From contig JAYWIR010000009.1 in assembly GCA_036172245.1 (NCBI GenBank), positions 806,001 to 870,000 on the forward strand: a stretch of DNA of 64,000 bases. Reading direction: 5' to 3'. Every line of letters starts with the position of its first letter. Position 1 is the first letter of the stretch. The DNA is from Raillietiella orientalis. Its lineage: Eukaryota. Position numbers and translations under genes: made by a program. Of the stretch, positions 38,601-51,500 are shown in pieces. The notes beneath the pieces were generated by a model, which saw nothing but the letters and a program-made list of their open reading frames with translations, had not been told where the DNA came from and made no database searches.

Positions 38601-40911
38601 GGGGCGCGAGGGTAGTCGACACGTGAGCGGCACCGGCTCACGGGGGAGCCAGCCGAAAGAGAGAGAGAAAGAAAGAAAAGGAGTGGTGGGTAATGGTGAT
38701 GTGGGATGGATCGAGGAGCCTGAGAGAGAATTCCCGGGTGCCGACACGATAAACGAGCATCTACCCGGAAATGTCGGAGGATGAAGGAAAGCCGCGAGGA
38801 CTCGAGAGAGGGGCGGAAGGATTTCCTGCTCGCGGACGGCTGCGGCAAAGAACCCGCGCGAAAGCTACGCACCACTCACTGAGAACGGTCGTGCGTTCCC
38901 CACCTCGCAGGGGGGCACCGCGGCCACCGGAGGGCGGTCCAAGAAGCCGAGCCGACGCCTCTCCGGACAAAGAGGAGAACCCACCGGAGAGGTGAGCGGT
39001 GGCGAAGCTCGATGCCCCTTCTCAGCCCTCATCAACAGTGCGGTACTCCTTCGTGCCGCATTGTTGAACTCTCGGTACGACGGTAAGGCAACAATGGACA
39101 CTGACTCATTGTCACTGCAAAATAACGCGCTGGAGCTCAGAAGCCGCCTGCTTTTCCTTTTCTGTTTTTTTTTTTTTTTTGCCTCCGGTTACTCAGGAAA
39201 CCGCTTTCTGAGATGTGAGGTGACGGTGGTGCCTCGTTCCGCTCGGGGCTACGCCGGGATGAAGCCGAGCGCGCGCTGAGCATCCGATTTCCCACGCGCA
39301 GAACGCCAAGTCCTCGAGTCTCCTCTTTCCGGTGCCCCGGAGAACCAGCGGAGGGTGCCGACGCGGCAGCTCCTCTCGGCCCGTCGCGTCCCCTGGTCGC
39401 TTCTCTGGGGGCCAGACCGGAAAGCGTGCCGCCTGCCGCAGCCTCTGCCCTCTGCAGGGACGGTCGCCCGCAGCGGAAAGGACCGTCCGGTGAGGGAGAT
39501 GGGAGGGAGGTGTGTCCTTCCCTTTCTCCCGCTCCACCCCTTTCTCTTTCCCCACCCTCGGGGAACACTGTGAGGATCTTACAGGGTGGCCCTTGACGAC
39601 GACGCTGAGGACAAAATCGCTTGGAACGGACGTGCGCAAATTTTTTGCGTTCCCGGTGCACCAAATCCTTTCGGAGAGGCGCTGTCCAGCACTTTCGAAA
39701 AATTCCCATCCTCCATTTTTTCTTTCTTTTCCCTTTCTGCTTCCGGGGGGGAATCACGGCGGGCGGGACGTGCGCATGAGCGGCTTGAGGGGCTGCTGGA
39801 AAGCCGACGGCGGCGAGGAGAGACTGCATGCTCAGGACCACATGGACTGGTGATCTGGACTAGAGTCCGCAGTCTGCGGACGCGGTGGGGTGGTGGTTCT
39901 AGGATTCGCTGCCCTCCGTAGGCGCGCACCAGAGTCCCTCGTGCAGCTGCTGCCAGGGTTCGAAGGAGCTGCGAGACAGAGTGGCAACGTCAGCGGCGCT
40001 TTCTGCGTGCATACCCCCGCGACCTCGGGAGTGGCAAGGAAGGGAAGAGGGGGAGGGGAAGCAGAAGCAGCGTAAGAGCATCCTCGCGGAGGGCCGCGGC
40101 TTCACTGAGGAGAGGAAACCCCACGAGCCCTTCCTTTCTGCCTTCGACCCGAGGGAAGAGCCGTCACCATGCCCTCTTCCCTCCAGAGCTCCAGCGAGAG
40201 TTTCCGAACTTCCACGCCTCCTCTTCCGGGATGTGATCCCGAGTGGTGAAGGGAGAGTCCGGCCACTTGCTACCTCTGGACTTCTCGGTATTCTTTCCCC
40301 CCCTCCCGGGAAAGACAGACGCGGGGAAGGCGGGTGGAAATGCCGTTCCTGTCCAGATTGCTCGACCCTGGACTCGGCAGGGAAAAGGGAGAGATCTCTC
40401 GTGGCTTCACCTGCACCTTCGTCCTCCCGGTTTCCATAGAAGCGGAGCAGAGCGGCGCAACGGCGGCATCGGTAGCAGCAGCTCCTGGTGAACCGTGCGG
40501 CGCGCGCGCGCGCAGTAGCAGCACTCGCTCGTCCCTTCGGAAAACGTGCGAAGCGCCACCTTCTCGAGAAAGAGGGTGTTCCTTTCCTCTCCTCCTCCCC
40601 CTCCTCCCGCCCCCGCCAAACCCCTTGTTTACCTTTTGCTTTTCTCTTTTTTCCTGCTTCTCCCTCTCTTCAAGTTGGGCCACTTCGCTTTTTATTTGTT
40701 TGCTCTCCCCTCCTCGGACCCCATTTGTCCGGCATCGCCCCTTGGCCGTCGGCAGCGTTATCTCTGCCTCTCCCTCCCTTCCTCTCTCTCGAGCGCGCAC
40801 GCACGCGTAAGTGGTTGCCGCCGCCGCGTCCCGTCCGGCCGCGCCGAAAAAAATCACCTCCTACGCCGAAGGGGACTCCTTGGAGGAACGCGTGCGCGCG
40901 AACCTTCCGAT

Positions 40912-41036
40912 CCATTCCTAGGCCCTCCTGCCAACAATGGTGAGCTCGAGCTATTTTTAGGCATTCGTCGTCCGACTCCGATGATGGTGCGCTGATTGTT
41001 CTGCCAACAGGCACGCAAGGAGTTCCCTCAGGAAGC
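40912..41036 (+). repeat. Left arm of a ~125-bp inverted repeat pair
   Basis: GGCCCTCCTGCCAACAATGGTGAGCTCG...GGCATTCGTCGTCCGACTCCGATGATGGTGCGCTGATTGTTCTGCCAACAGGCAC...GGAAGC is the reverse complement of 42077-42201 with few mismatches. Confidence 0.9.
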
Positions 41037-42076
41037 AATCGGCCTGCGGATGCTCCAGGTTTTGACGCAACCGACGTCGGTGAGGGGAAGCGGCAGCAGC
41101 AGCAGCAGCAGGAGGGGAAGGAGGAGGAGGAAAAGGAGCGAGCACGCGAGAAGCTTCATCTGCGTCACTCCGTCTAGGAGGAAGCTGTCTTTCTCCTCTT
41201 CGGGGAGGCAACCGCGAGAGGCAAAAGGACGAGCGCACTCGCGCGCTTCCGGAGTCCCTTCCTGGATGCTGCGCTCCCTTCGTCTCCCCCCCCTTCCCAG
41301 CTTTGCCCGCGCAACCCGCCGCGCACCTGGAAACTGGCACGACACGCGACTCACCCGCAGGTGGCACGCCTGCAGCTTTGACATTTGCTCGAGAGCGCAT
41401 GCACGCACGCACGCGGCGACGACAGAAGAGCGGCGACGGACTCCGCCATCGTTCGAGCCCCAGCTAAGAGGGAGGGAGAGGAGAGGAGAGATCGCGAGGC
41501 TTTCCGAAAACACGTGGGTTCCGCCGGTGGAAAACTCCGGTGGGCCTACGGGATCCCTGGCGGACGGACGGTGGTGACGAAGGGAGACCGACCAGGATGA
41601 AGCGGACCGTCGCCAAGCAACCAACATCTTCCGTCCGCGATGCTGCATTCCCGAAGGAGGGACGAGGGGAGCAAACAAATCGCCGAGATCTCTACCAAGG
41701 CGCGGGATGCTGTCATGACCTTTCGTGCGCAAGGAGAGGGAACGTCCGAAGTGCACCGTCGCCTCCACCTCCGGGAAAAACGTGGCGCCCCTCCCGTCAC
41801 CGCCAGGCAAACCGACTAGCGGTAGCCCACCGTCCGCCTTTCAAGGAACGTTCACTGCTCGCCGTTCATTGCTCTGGGGGGTGAGGGAGAAACATGAAAG
41901 TGAAAGTGACGGTCTTTGGTCCTCGGATTGCGGGTCGCGTGCCCCGCGTATTACGAGAAAGCACTGGGAGTCTCTAGGAAGCAAAATGCGGAGGTTAGTC
42001 CCGAGGAGAAGCGTCCTCAGCTTCTCCTCGAGTCCAGTTCTCTTACTCCCTCCTCTTCCGCTCATCCCCACAGGTC

Positions 42077-42201
42077 GCTTCCTGCGGGAACTCCTTGAGT
42101 GCCTGTTGGCAGAACAATCAGCGCACCATCATCAGAGTCGGACGACGAATGCCTAAAAATAACGCGAGCTCACCATTGTTGGCTGGAGGGCCTCGGAGTG
42201 G
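42077..42201 (-). repeat. Right arm of the ~125-bp inverted repeat pair
   Basis: Reverse complement of 40912-41036. The spacer is about 1.04 kb. Confidence 0.9.
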
Positions 42202-45200
42202 CTTGATCTCATTATTGTTGTTCGGACTGTCCCGAAAGGTCTGCCAACTGTGCTCTCCGTCCATAGAACGCGCACCCCGCGAGCTTTCCAAGGACACGTG
42301 CGCGTTTCTCCCAATGAGGCCGGCTGGAGTCCATCCAGATGTGTCACGGCGACATAAGGCCCTCATTTGAGGCGCCTTCTGTCGCCGATGTGCGACGATG
42401 AAGCGTGCGATGCCAAAGCGCTCATGTGAGGCATCGCTGTGTCCGTCGTCCAGAGGTGTCGTGGCGACTTGTTCGCGCCCATTACGATGACAACCAAGCT
42501 CCGTTAACTGATGAAATTTGATGCATTCGGGGTGAGCGGACCATTCCCATCACCGTACACCAATTAGGAACTGCGGCTGCTGCTGGACTTCTTGGTAAGA
42601 CTGCCAATGTGCCGCCTGGTGTGCAACCTGGGAGTTGCAAGGAATCTGCTCAAGGAGGTCCCCAGATCCTCCTGGTCGGATGGACACTTAGGGAGAAGTT
42701 CCCGATTAGCGCCTCGTCCATAGGGATGTGGGGCTCGCGCGCCCGATGGGGGATTCAAATCACGTTCTACCGATCGCTGTGGCCGCTTTTATCTGATCGG
42801 CCGCTTAGTGATGCGCGTCCAAGGGATGCTGCGTTGCCTCGCTAATTGCGTTTTGCCCGCGCTGGATGCGTGCCCAAGGAACCGGAAGCAGCGAAGGTTC
42901 TCTGGTTTGGAGAGACGCAGCCGCCTCACGATTGGTGTTTCCGGGCCTGCCGAGAGAAGACGCTGTTGCTAGGTGGCAGCAGAGGCTGAGACTCCTGGGA
43001 AGTAACAGGGACCAAAAAGGAGGCTGCTGGCACCACAGCCGATTCTGAAGCGCGATGGTCATCACTTGCCTCTCGGGCAAGCGAGTGTGGCCAGAACCTT
43101 CGACGACCGTCTCCGGAAGCGAAGCCTGGATCCAGGAAGGGGGGCTCTTCCTGGGCGGTGAAGAAAGCTTCTCAAAGCCTCCGTCTTCGCTGGCCCCGAA
43201 GCTGCACTGCCTCGTTCCTGGACGAACAAATCGCCTGCGCTCCAGAAGGAATGGCGAGCGCGCCCGTACCCGGGCGGGGCTCGGAAGGCGCGCCGAAGAC
43301 TCAAGGTGGCCGTCGGGGGGTTGTTGAGTCGAGACAGCGTCCTCGGCCAGACGAACACCTGGTTGGTGGTCGGTCGGTGTGTCCAGCAGACCGAACGTGT
43401 TTACATCCCCTCCCGGTTGGCGCTCCCTTACGTGCGATAGGCCCAGTCTTCCTCTCCCCAGCTGATCGATCCTGACGGACCGGGCAGGGGAGGTCTCCTG
43501 CTTCCCGGCAGCGAGGATGCGACCTTCCCGCCTTCGCCGCTCCCACTTTTCGCTTTCGAGTTCAACAGGGAACGGGGAGAAGAGCCGCCTACGGGGTGAC
43601 CGCAAACTCCCGACCGTCCGGTCGAAGGCGGCGAGTGCTCGGGGAGGAAGGCCACGGTGCAGCACGGTGGAAACGGGGAATTTTCCGCACGGCAGGCTCC
43701 TCCTCCATGTGGACGGCGTCCTGAACGCGTGCGCGGGCAGAAGATAGGATAGGCAAACGTTGCATTCTAGGAGGTCGCGGGACACTGCTGCTTCCTCCTC
43801 CGCAATCGCCGCCTCTGCGAAGGGAGAAGCAGCTCGTCGGAACAAGTGGCGGAGGGGAGAGGAGGAAAGCAGGAAGGGCCGGCTTTGGGCCGGTCTCCTC
43901 CCGGGCGCGACGAGGAAGACACGAAGGGTCAGGCAGGTCCTCTGCCGGAAGAAAGGGGGAGGTTCGAAAACCTCGGGTTTGGAAAGACGGAGAAGCGAAG
44001 GCAGAAGACGGAAGAGGAGGAGGAGCAGCAGCAGAGAGGAGAATGCCGGAAGCAGAAATGGGCCCCGATCACAGAGGCCTCGCCCGCTGCCTCTCGGGAA
44101 CGATGTTGGGCGTAGTCTCCGCAGCGTCGCGCGCGCGGCACAACGCGACCGGGGCGAAGGGGAGGCACGGCTCACCAGACGCCATAAATCTCCCTTCCCT
44201 TCCGGCGCTGTCAGGAACCTTTTATTGAAAACCTCAAGTTCGGCCCTTCGTGATTAAGAAAAACAGAGAGAGACGGAGGAGCGGAGACGGAGGTGGGGGG
44301 GGGGGGGAAGAAAGAAAGGAGGAGGTAGAAGAAAAGGAAAAGAGGGGAGAGGACCCTTCTGCCTTCTCCTCCTCCTCCTCCATCCCCACCCCCACCAAAG
44401 GAGGAAGAAAAAGCGAGCCTCTTTAAGTATGTGTACATTGGGCGCGCCGAAGACGACCGCGGCGGCGGCGGCGCGTGACGTCCGCGCGCCGATCGGAACC
44501 GGTGCCGTGATCGTAAATCCGTGCAGATTCCCTCGATGATGACAAATCATAGACGCCCGGAGCTCTTGCCGAGATGGTTCATCTCTCCGCGTGTCTTCGC
44601 CTCAGCTCGAGGACCGACGGGAAAACACCGAGTCCAAGGAAAAGGGAGGGATCCACTCCGGCGAGCCCCGGAAGGAGAAGGCAGTCGCCATCTTCATGCC
44701 CTTCTCCGGCCTTCTCCTCTCCCAACCAGGCCCCTCGACTCGAGCCCGCCCCGGGGCGGCAGCAGCAGCAGCTGAGAGATGCCCTCGTCAGCTGTTGCTT
44801 GTTGCTGCTGCCCCTACCGCCGACGCGGGTTCCAAGCACGCGCGAGAAAAGCAGAGGAACGCAAACAAGCTGTCGGCATTGCCCTCCGTTCCAGCGCACA
44901 GAATGGAGAAGGCGGCTCCTTCGTCCGTCCTGTCCGGAGACACACCCAGCAAGCATCTCTCTGCTTCCCCTCGGGGGAAGTTTTTTTTTTTTTTTTGTGC
45001 ATCCAGCGGGAAAGATCCGCTGGCAGCTGCTACTGCTGCTGCTGCTCGCCCGGAGCTCCAGCCCCTCCTCCGAGGGAACAGGGAAGCAGCTCCCTCCTTC
45101 TCCCTTCCCGGGAGCCTCCTACTTCCGTGGTGGGGCGCGCGGGGAGGAAGATCCGGCTCCCGCCACCAGGGAGCTCGGTCGGAGGTGCAAGGCCCTCCTG

Positions 45201-47593
45201 CGTCCGTGCGCCTTCCCAGGGTCCTCCATCCTTCCTTCGTTCCCACAGAGCGCGGAGCACGCTTCCTGCAACGGGTCCTTCGCCCCAGGGCAGCGCCCCT
45301 CCCTCCCAACGGGCCTCGGATCGCTCACGTGCTTCTGCCCCCCTGATTTAATGCCTCGCGAAACACAAAAATTGGCGTTCACACGTCTCGCGCTCCTCCC
45401 GGAATGTTTGCATAATTGCGACCACCGAAACGGGTTAATCATCCTCCAATTAAATCATTTCACGATGAATTGTTCCTACGAGTTGTTTTTTCCTCCTCTC
45501 TCCCTCTTTTTTTTCCTCTCCCTTTTTTTTTTTTTTTGTTGTTTTAATGGGTGCCCTGTCAAAATGTTTTGATTTTGGGACAGGAAAGCTCCACGCTCGA
45601 GGGAGCTGATTAAAAGAGTGTATGTGCACTTCCTAATTGCCCCGTGTTCCACCGGACGCACGTTTTTCCAGGAGCTGCCACTTTCGCGTGCTGACTTGCA
45701 CTCCTCCACGTACGCTTCTCGCACGCTCTCTCCCTTCCCTCCCCCCTGGATAGGTCCGAATGCGTTCTCTCTCCCTCTCTTTTTTCTCTTCGAAAGCCAT
45801 AAATTTTTTTTTCTTCCCCTTCTCTTCTTCTGAAGTGGGACATTTAAGATCAACTCCTGCCTTTTGTATCGAGAGTTTATAAAGAATAATTCGAAGAGAT
45901 GCTTCGAAATTCGCCCAATTCGGTTTTATTGTACATCCTTCCCCCCCCCCCTCCTTCCTCCTCCTTCCCCTAATAACCCGCCCCGGCATGCCCTTCGCTG
46001 CCGACGTTACCTGCGATGGAAAGCTGCAGCAGCACAAAAGACAGGCGCGGGGCACAGACGGTCGAGAAGGAAAAACACGGACAATGGCGTTACGATGAAC
46101 TCGGAGACGCTCGGAACCGTTAGGGGGGAGGCCGCGGAGGGCCGGGCGGCGGGTGGGGGAAGGGCAACAATGGGACACCCGGGCGCAACAATGGCGCGTC
46201 GCGCCCGGCGAGAGCGCTCGGCGTGGGAGTCGCGGCAAGCGCGCGCCCGAACGGCGTTGAAAAGGCACACACACGCAACACGTCCGGAGAACCCGCGGGT
46301 CCCAATCAAACTCGGTTTGTTTCGCTTCGCCTTCCCCCACCCCCCACCTCCGTCTCCCTAAAATAAAAAGGAGAGGGAGAGGGAACAAAAAAAAAAAAAA
46401 AAAAACTATCAAAACAAAACACGAAGAAAAACGAAGGAAGGAAGCTAAATGGGGCTGCTGCCATCAAAGCGAATCGCTCGGCTCCGAGAGATGCTGATGA
46501 ATCGGTAGTTCGGCGTAAAATGAAAACAGAAACAAAAATTGAGGGAACCGATCGATCGATTGCAAAATAAAGCGCCACTCCAGAAATATTCAAAAACTTT
46601 CTGCCCGTTTCCCACACGATGGCCGCGTTCCTCGTACGTTCAACGCGTTTTCCTCTTTCCCATTTCGAAAAGAATAACAGACTTCCCATTCCGAAATGTG
46701 CCAATCTGGCAACATTGTACGAACCGCTTTTCCACCCTGAAGGCTTTTTTTTTTTTTTTTCTTTCCTTCTTCTCGCTCTCTCCTCCTCCTCCTTTTTCTT
46801 CTTTCACTTTGCGGCTCCGATGTTGGCGCAGGCAATGGGAATCACGAAAGACTGGCGCGACGACTTCCGTACGGTGGCTGTACGATCGTGGCGAACTTTG
46901 GGGACCACAAACAGCCGAAAAAAGGGGGTGGGGGGTGGGGGTGGGGGGAGAAAAAAAAAAAAGAAAAAAAGAAGGAAAACCAAAAACAAAAAAAAGGGGG
47001 GGTAGAGGAGATGCGAGCCGGACCTCCCCGCACACCGTTCCCTGGTGGCACCGCGAGAGCGCGCACCCGTCACGCCGGACCCTCGGTTGCCCGGGGCAGC
47101 GGCACGTAAACAAGCCGAGGATAGCCGCTTTTGGCATGCAACTGAAAACACCCTGCCGTGGCGTTAACAATTTTTTTTCTTTTATTCGCGTTCTCCACTG
47201 AAGCAGCTTGAAGACATCAACGGACACTTCGTGATCCGCCGCGTTCTCTTCGACTAGATTACCGGATGCTTCTCTGCAAAGCGTCCGCCGCGTAACATCA
47301 TTACGCGTTGTTGTTTTTTTTTTTTTTTTTTCCCTTATCACAAGTTTCCACGAGGAGGAGTTCAATCGATAGATTCTTTTCAGAAGTTTCACTCTGGTTG
47401 GGGAAGGGGAGGGGGAAGTATCACATTTTGGAAACCAAAGGAGCAAAGGGGTGGGTGGGTGGGTGGAGGGGGAATTACACAATGTAATCTTGACATGGAG
47501 CAGCCATCATTTCTGGGACGGGTCTGCGGGGGATAGAATTCTGCACGGGGCCCTGGAAAGACATATAATATATAAATGAATGAATAAATGAAC

Positions 47594-47627
<34 letters not shown>

Positions 47628-48512
47628 GGGAAAAGCGAGCACGAATCGAGCCGGCAGATGTGCGCGCGCTGGCAGGGAGCGTCCGCGCGCGCGCGCATGC
47701 GCGTGACGCGGCGCCAAGCGTGACGCCGGACCGAGCCGTCGCGTGACGCGCGCGCCCGGCGACACAACGCGATAAGGCGCGTACAAATTCCCGTCTTCTC
47801 CGCGAGCCGAACCGAGATCAGATCTTCGGTCCGCCTCGGTGTACACATCTTTGTTCGCCCGGGACAGCGACAAATCTTGTTAGCGAAAAGTTCCATGAAT
47901 CATGGTGAGGCAGGAACAGCTGCGGGAAACTACCCTTCCTGAAATAGGAGCAAACTTCTCTTCCCTCCTCCTCCTCCTCGCAGCGCGCGGATGCTGCGAG
48001 GATCCGCGAGGCACAGAAAGGAAGGTATTGGCGCCCCTCGCCATCCACGGCGCGCCTCTCTCCCCGCCGTCGCGCGTACACCCCCGTGTACACAACGCAC
48101 CCGAGCGCGCACGCGCACACTCGACGGGCAGCAGCGCACGCGCACGCAACGCACGCCTTCCGCGCTCCTCCCCGCTCTTCCAGGAAAGATTTCCATTTTC
48201 CGCTGCGTGTCATTCCGCTAAATAGCGCAAATTGCGGGCAGCAACGGAAATCACGACGGGGAAGGAGCGCAGTCAATCTGGCTGTTGACCGAGGAGCAAT
48301 TCTTTTTTAAAGTAACTTTCGACAAAAAAAAAAAAAAAGGAACGGCGGCGAGGAGTCGCCGCTGATGAAGAAACGTCAAAGATGACAAAAAGAGAGAAAG
48401 CTTTGGGATTCCGCAGCATCCACGTCGGAGAGAAGCTCTGGAACGAGGCCACCGATGGGAGAGAAGAATCAGCACAGAGGTGGGGGGGGGGGGCATGCAA
48501 AAAGGAAGGAGA

Positions 48513-48515
<3 letters not shown>

Positions 48516-48562
<47 letters not shown>
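48516..48562. repeat. Compound (AT)n(TG)n microsatellite
   Basis: Direct reading. Confidence 0.95.
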
Positions 48563-51500
48563 AAATAAACATTTCCGAGGGCAGACGGCGGGTGCGCGCC
48601 GTCTGGACCACGTGAGGAATATTTGCAGGGGACATTCGGGGGGTTCGGAGACGCTCATCGTCGGGAAATTCGAATTTCCAAAACACGTAAAAACGTCACA
48701 ACTAGCGGCGAAGGAAAATTATGGGCTCTTTCTCGGGAAAGCGTTTGAATAATTCAATGATGGACCGCGTAGTGATCCAATTAATCAGTTATCAGGCCTC
48801 GTCTCATCGGGACTCCCAGTCGGGAGAAGAATCCATCCACGGGAAATCAATGGGATGCTCCCGAGTTTTTTTTGCTTCGCTGTTGCTCTCTTCTTTCTTT
48901 CTTTCCCTTTTTTTTTTCTTTAAAAAAAAAAAAAAAAAAAAAAAAGAGAGAGAGAGAGAAAGACGTTTTCCCAGTCCCGCTGCACACTTTTTTTCTTCTT
49001 CCCTACGCCCCACACAGGAATCGAGGGGTCTCTTCCGGCGTTTCTTTCGCCCCTGGGCACGGCGGAATCATCGGAAGGTGAGGCGACGCGGACGCGGAGG
49101 GACCGTTTGATTTCCCATTACGCGGAGAGTGGGGGAAGATCGAGATGGGGCCTGGCAACACGCCGCATCCCCCACCACGGGGATGGGGACGCCCAGGGAG
49201 CGCCTGCGCGGTGCCGGGCAGCATCCAGCGGCGGGGTGGGGGATGCGTGCTACGCGTGCACGCAAAGCGGACACGCGCGCGCGCGGCCGGAGGGGATGCG
49301 CACGTGTGCGCGCTGAAAAACACTTTCTCACCCCACGTGAAAATCCCGGTTCCCGCTTCCGGCAAGTGGCGCGCCAACGGGAGACGCGGCCTCCTCCCGG
49401 AGTCACGTGCTGGAGGGAAAGCCACGGGCGTCTTCGGAAGCGCGCAGAAACAGCTCGCTCGCCTTTTCCGAGCCCCCCCCCCCCCTTCCTCCTTCCTCCC
49501 CCAAGGCGGTGCTGACCTTGGTCTCCGAAAGAGGCGAACCAGGTAGACACGATACCGCCGGAGGCTGGGGCGACTCACCGACGGTGCCGCTACGGCAACG
49601 GGAAGGAGTACGCTTTCCGTGAGAGGGCATTTGTTGACTCGACCGCAGGAGACCCTCCCCCCCCCCCCCCCGGCTTGAAACCGTTACCGCCGTGTGTCCG
49701 TCCTCAACACACACAGTCCGCTGCCGGAACTACCTCGAGCGTGTGGGCTGGAAAAACACACCCAACATGTCAGCTTCCGCAACTCGGCTCGTTTACGAAG
49801 GTTTCTACATTTTAATTCTTCCCCCGCGTCAGCACTTAATTTCTCGCTATAATTAAACATCATTGCTGCCCCTGGGACGGATCAAAGGAGCCATAAACGC
49901 AAGCCTCCAGCGTGAAGCCAGGAAGGGAGAGTCTCCTAGCAACGCACACACGTACACATGCATGCATCCGGATTGCCCCCCCCCCCCCCCCATTTAGGTT
50001 CGCAGTCGGAAAAGGCCAAAAAATAAAAACAATACGAATAGTAAATATACAAATATGTACACTTGGCAGTGCACGCAGAGCACGAGGAGGAGGGCGTGAG
50101 CTGCTCCGCGAGCACGCCCGCGTGCTCGAAAGAGCCTTTTCCCTGGAAAGTCAACCGTCCCCGCACGGCAAGCGGGGGGGGGGGGGAGGGGGGACGCAAG
50201 GCGGCGCCGGGACACGGGAGAGAGGGGGGACGGCGCCACTCTCGCGCCGAAACAGCAGAAGAAGGGCGCTACGGTTTATCCATCTGCGGAACCGTAAATC
50301 GGCGGGGCGCACCACGACCACGAGGAGCAGCGCAAAGTCTGCTGCTGCAGCACTGTGCACCTTTCCGGCACACTCCACTCACGGTTCGGGTGTTGCGTTC
50401 TCCCTGCGAGAGAGCGCCCGCAACCCACGGGTTCGCCGGGTGGGGATGATGATGATGATTCATGTCCCGCGCGCTGCCTAGGTGGCGGCGAATGTCACGT
50501 TTCTATTTCGAGTTTACTGGCACGTCGTTGCGGGAAAACTGCAATGCAGAATGCTACTTGCACCGCCTGCACTTCACGCTGCAACCCTTAACAATCTTTC
50601 CTCCTCCTCCTCCTCCTCCTCTTTTCCTCCCTTTTTTTCCTCCTCCTCCCCCTCCTTTTCCCTTTGAGGTGGCGATTTTCCTCACGGCACGTCTTTTGCT
50701 TTGCTCGCGGCACGTCAACCGGTACGCACCGAGCAGGAAAAGACAAGCCAAGTGCAGAGCACACGGCGGGGAGATGCACAAAAGCACACGAGAGCGTGCC
50801 GAAGAGCACACGAGAGTCTTGCCATCCACCAGTGGTGGTCAGTCGGAGCCGTCCCCCCCCCCCTCCTCCTCTTCCTCCCCTCTCCCACGTTTTTGCGCTG
50901 CGGCGTCCCCGGCAGCCGAGAACGTTCGGGGCATCCGCAAGTTTTCGCTGTGCACAGCGAAGAGTGGGCTGCGACGTTACCGTCGTCGGCAAGGTGACGC
51001 AGGGAAACAAAACAACAACAAAAAGCCGCGCGCGCGGCTGTCGCGATGGAAACGAGCTCACGGCTCACGGCGGCCGGCAGCTTGGAGGCTGCTCCGTGGG
51101 GGAAGAAGGGATGCGGGTCCGAAGGAGGCGCAGGAGCCCGCTCCAGACCGCGGACCCCGTCCCGCGTCCGCGAGTCATCTAAGAAGAGAGCCACGGAGAA
51201 GAGGAGCCGGCTCGAGCAGCTCCAGAGGCATCCATCAACCCCCCCCCCCACCCCGTCCTCCTCCTCTCCTCCTTCGCTTCTCCCGTCTCCGCTTTCCGGG
51301 AGACAAGGGGATTCAGGACCGCGAGCGTCCCTCTCCTCCCCCTCTTCCTCCCTGCCCCGAGCAAGGAATCGCGAACCCCCGGGGGAGAAAGACCCCCAGA
51401 GCGGCCTCGGCGACCCGCAAGGAGAGACAGAAGGAGGGAGCAAGAACTCCTCCGGGCGTGGTCAGGCATGCGCAGACGGTCCGACGACTACGCCACACCC

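Noticed and set aside
44283..46357. 18-bp inverted match GGAGACGGAGGTGGGGGG (44283-44300 vs 46340-46357)
   Set aside because: Short, G-rich and low-complexity, and it does not extend. Likely chance.
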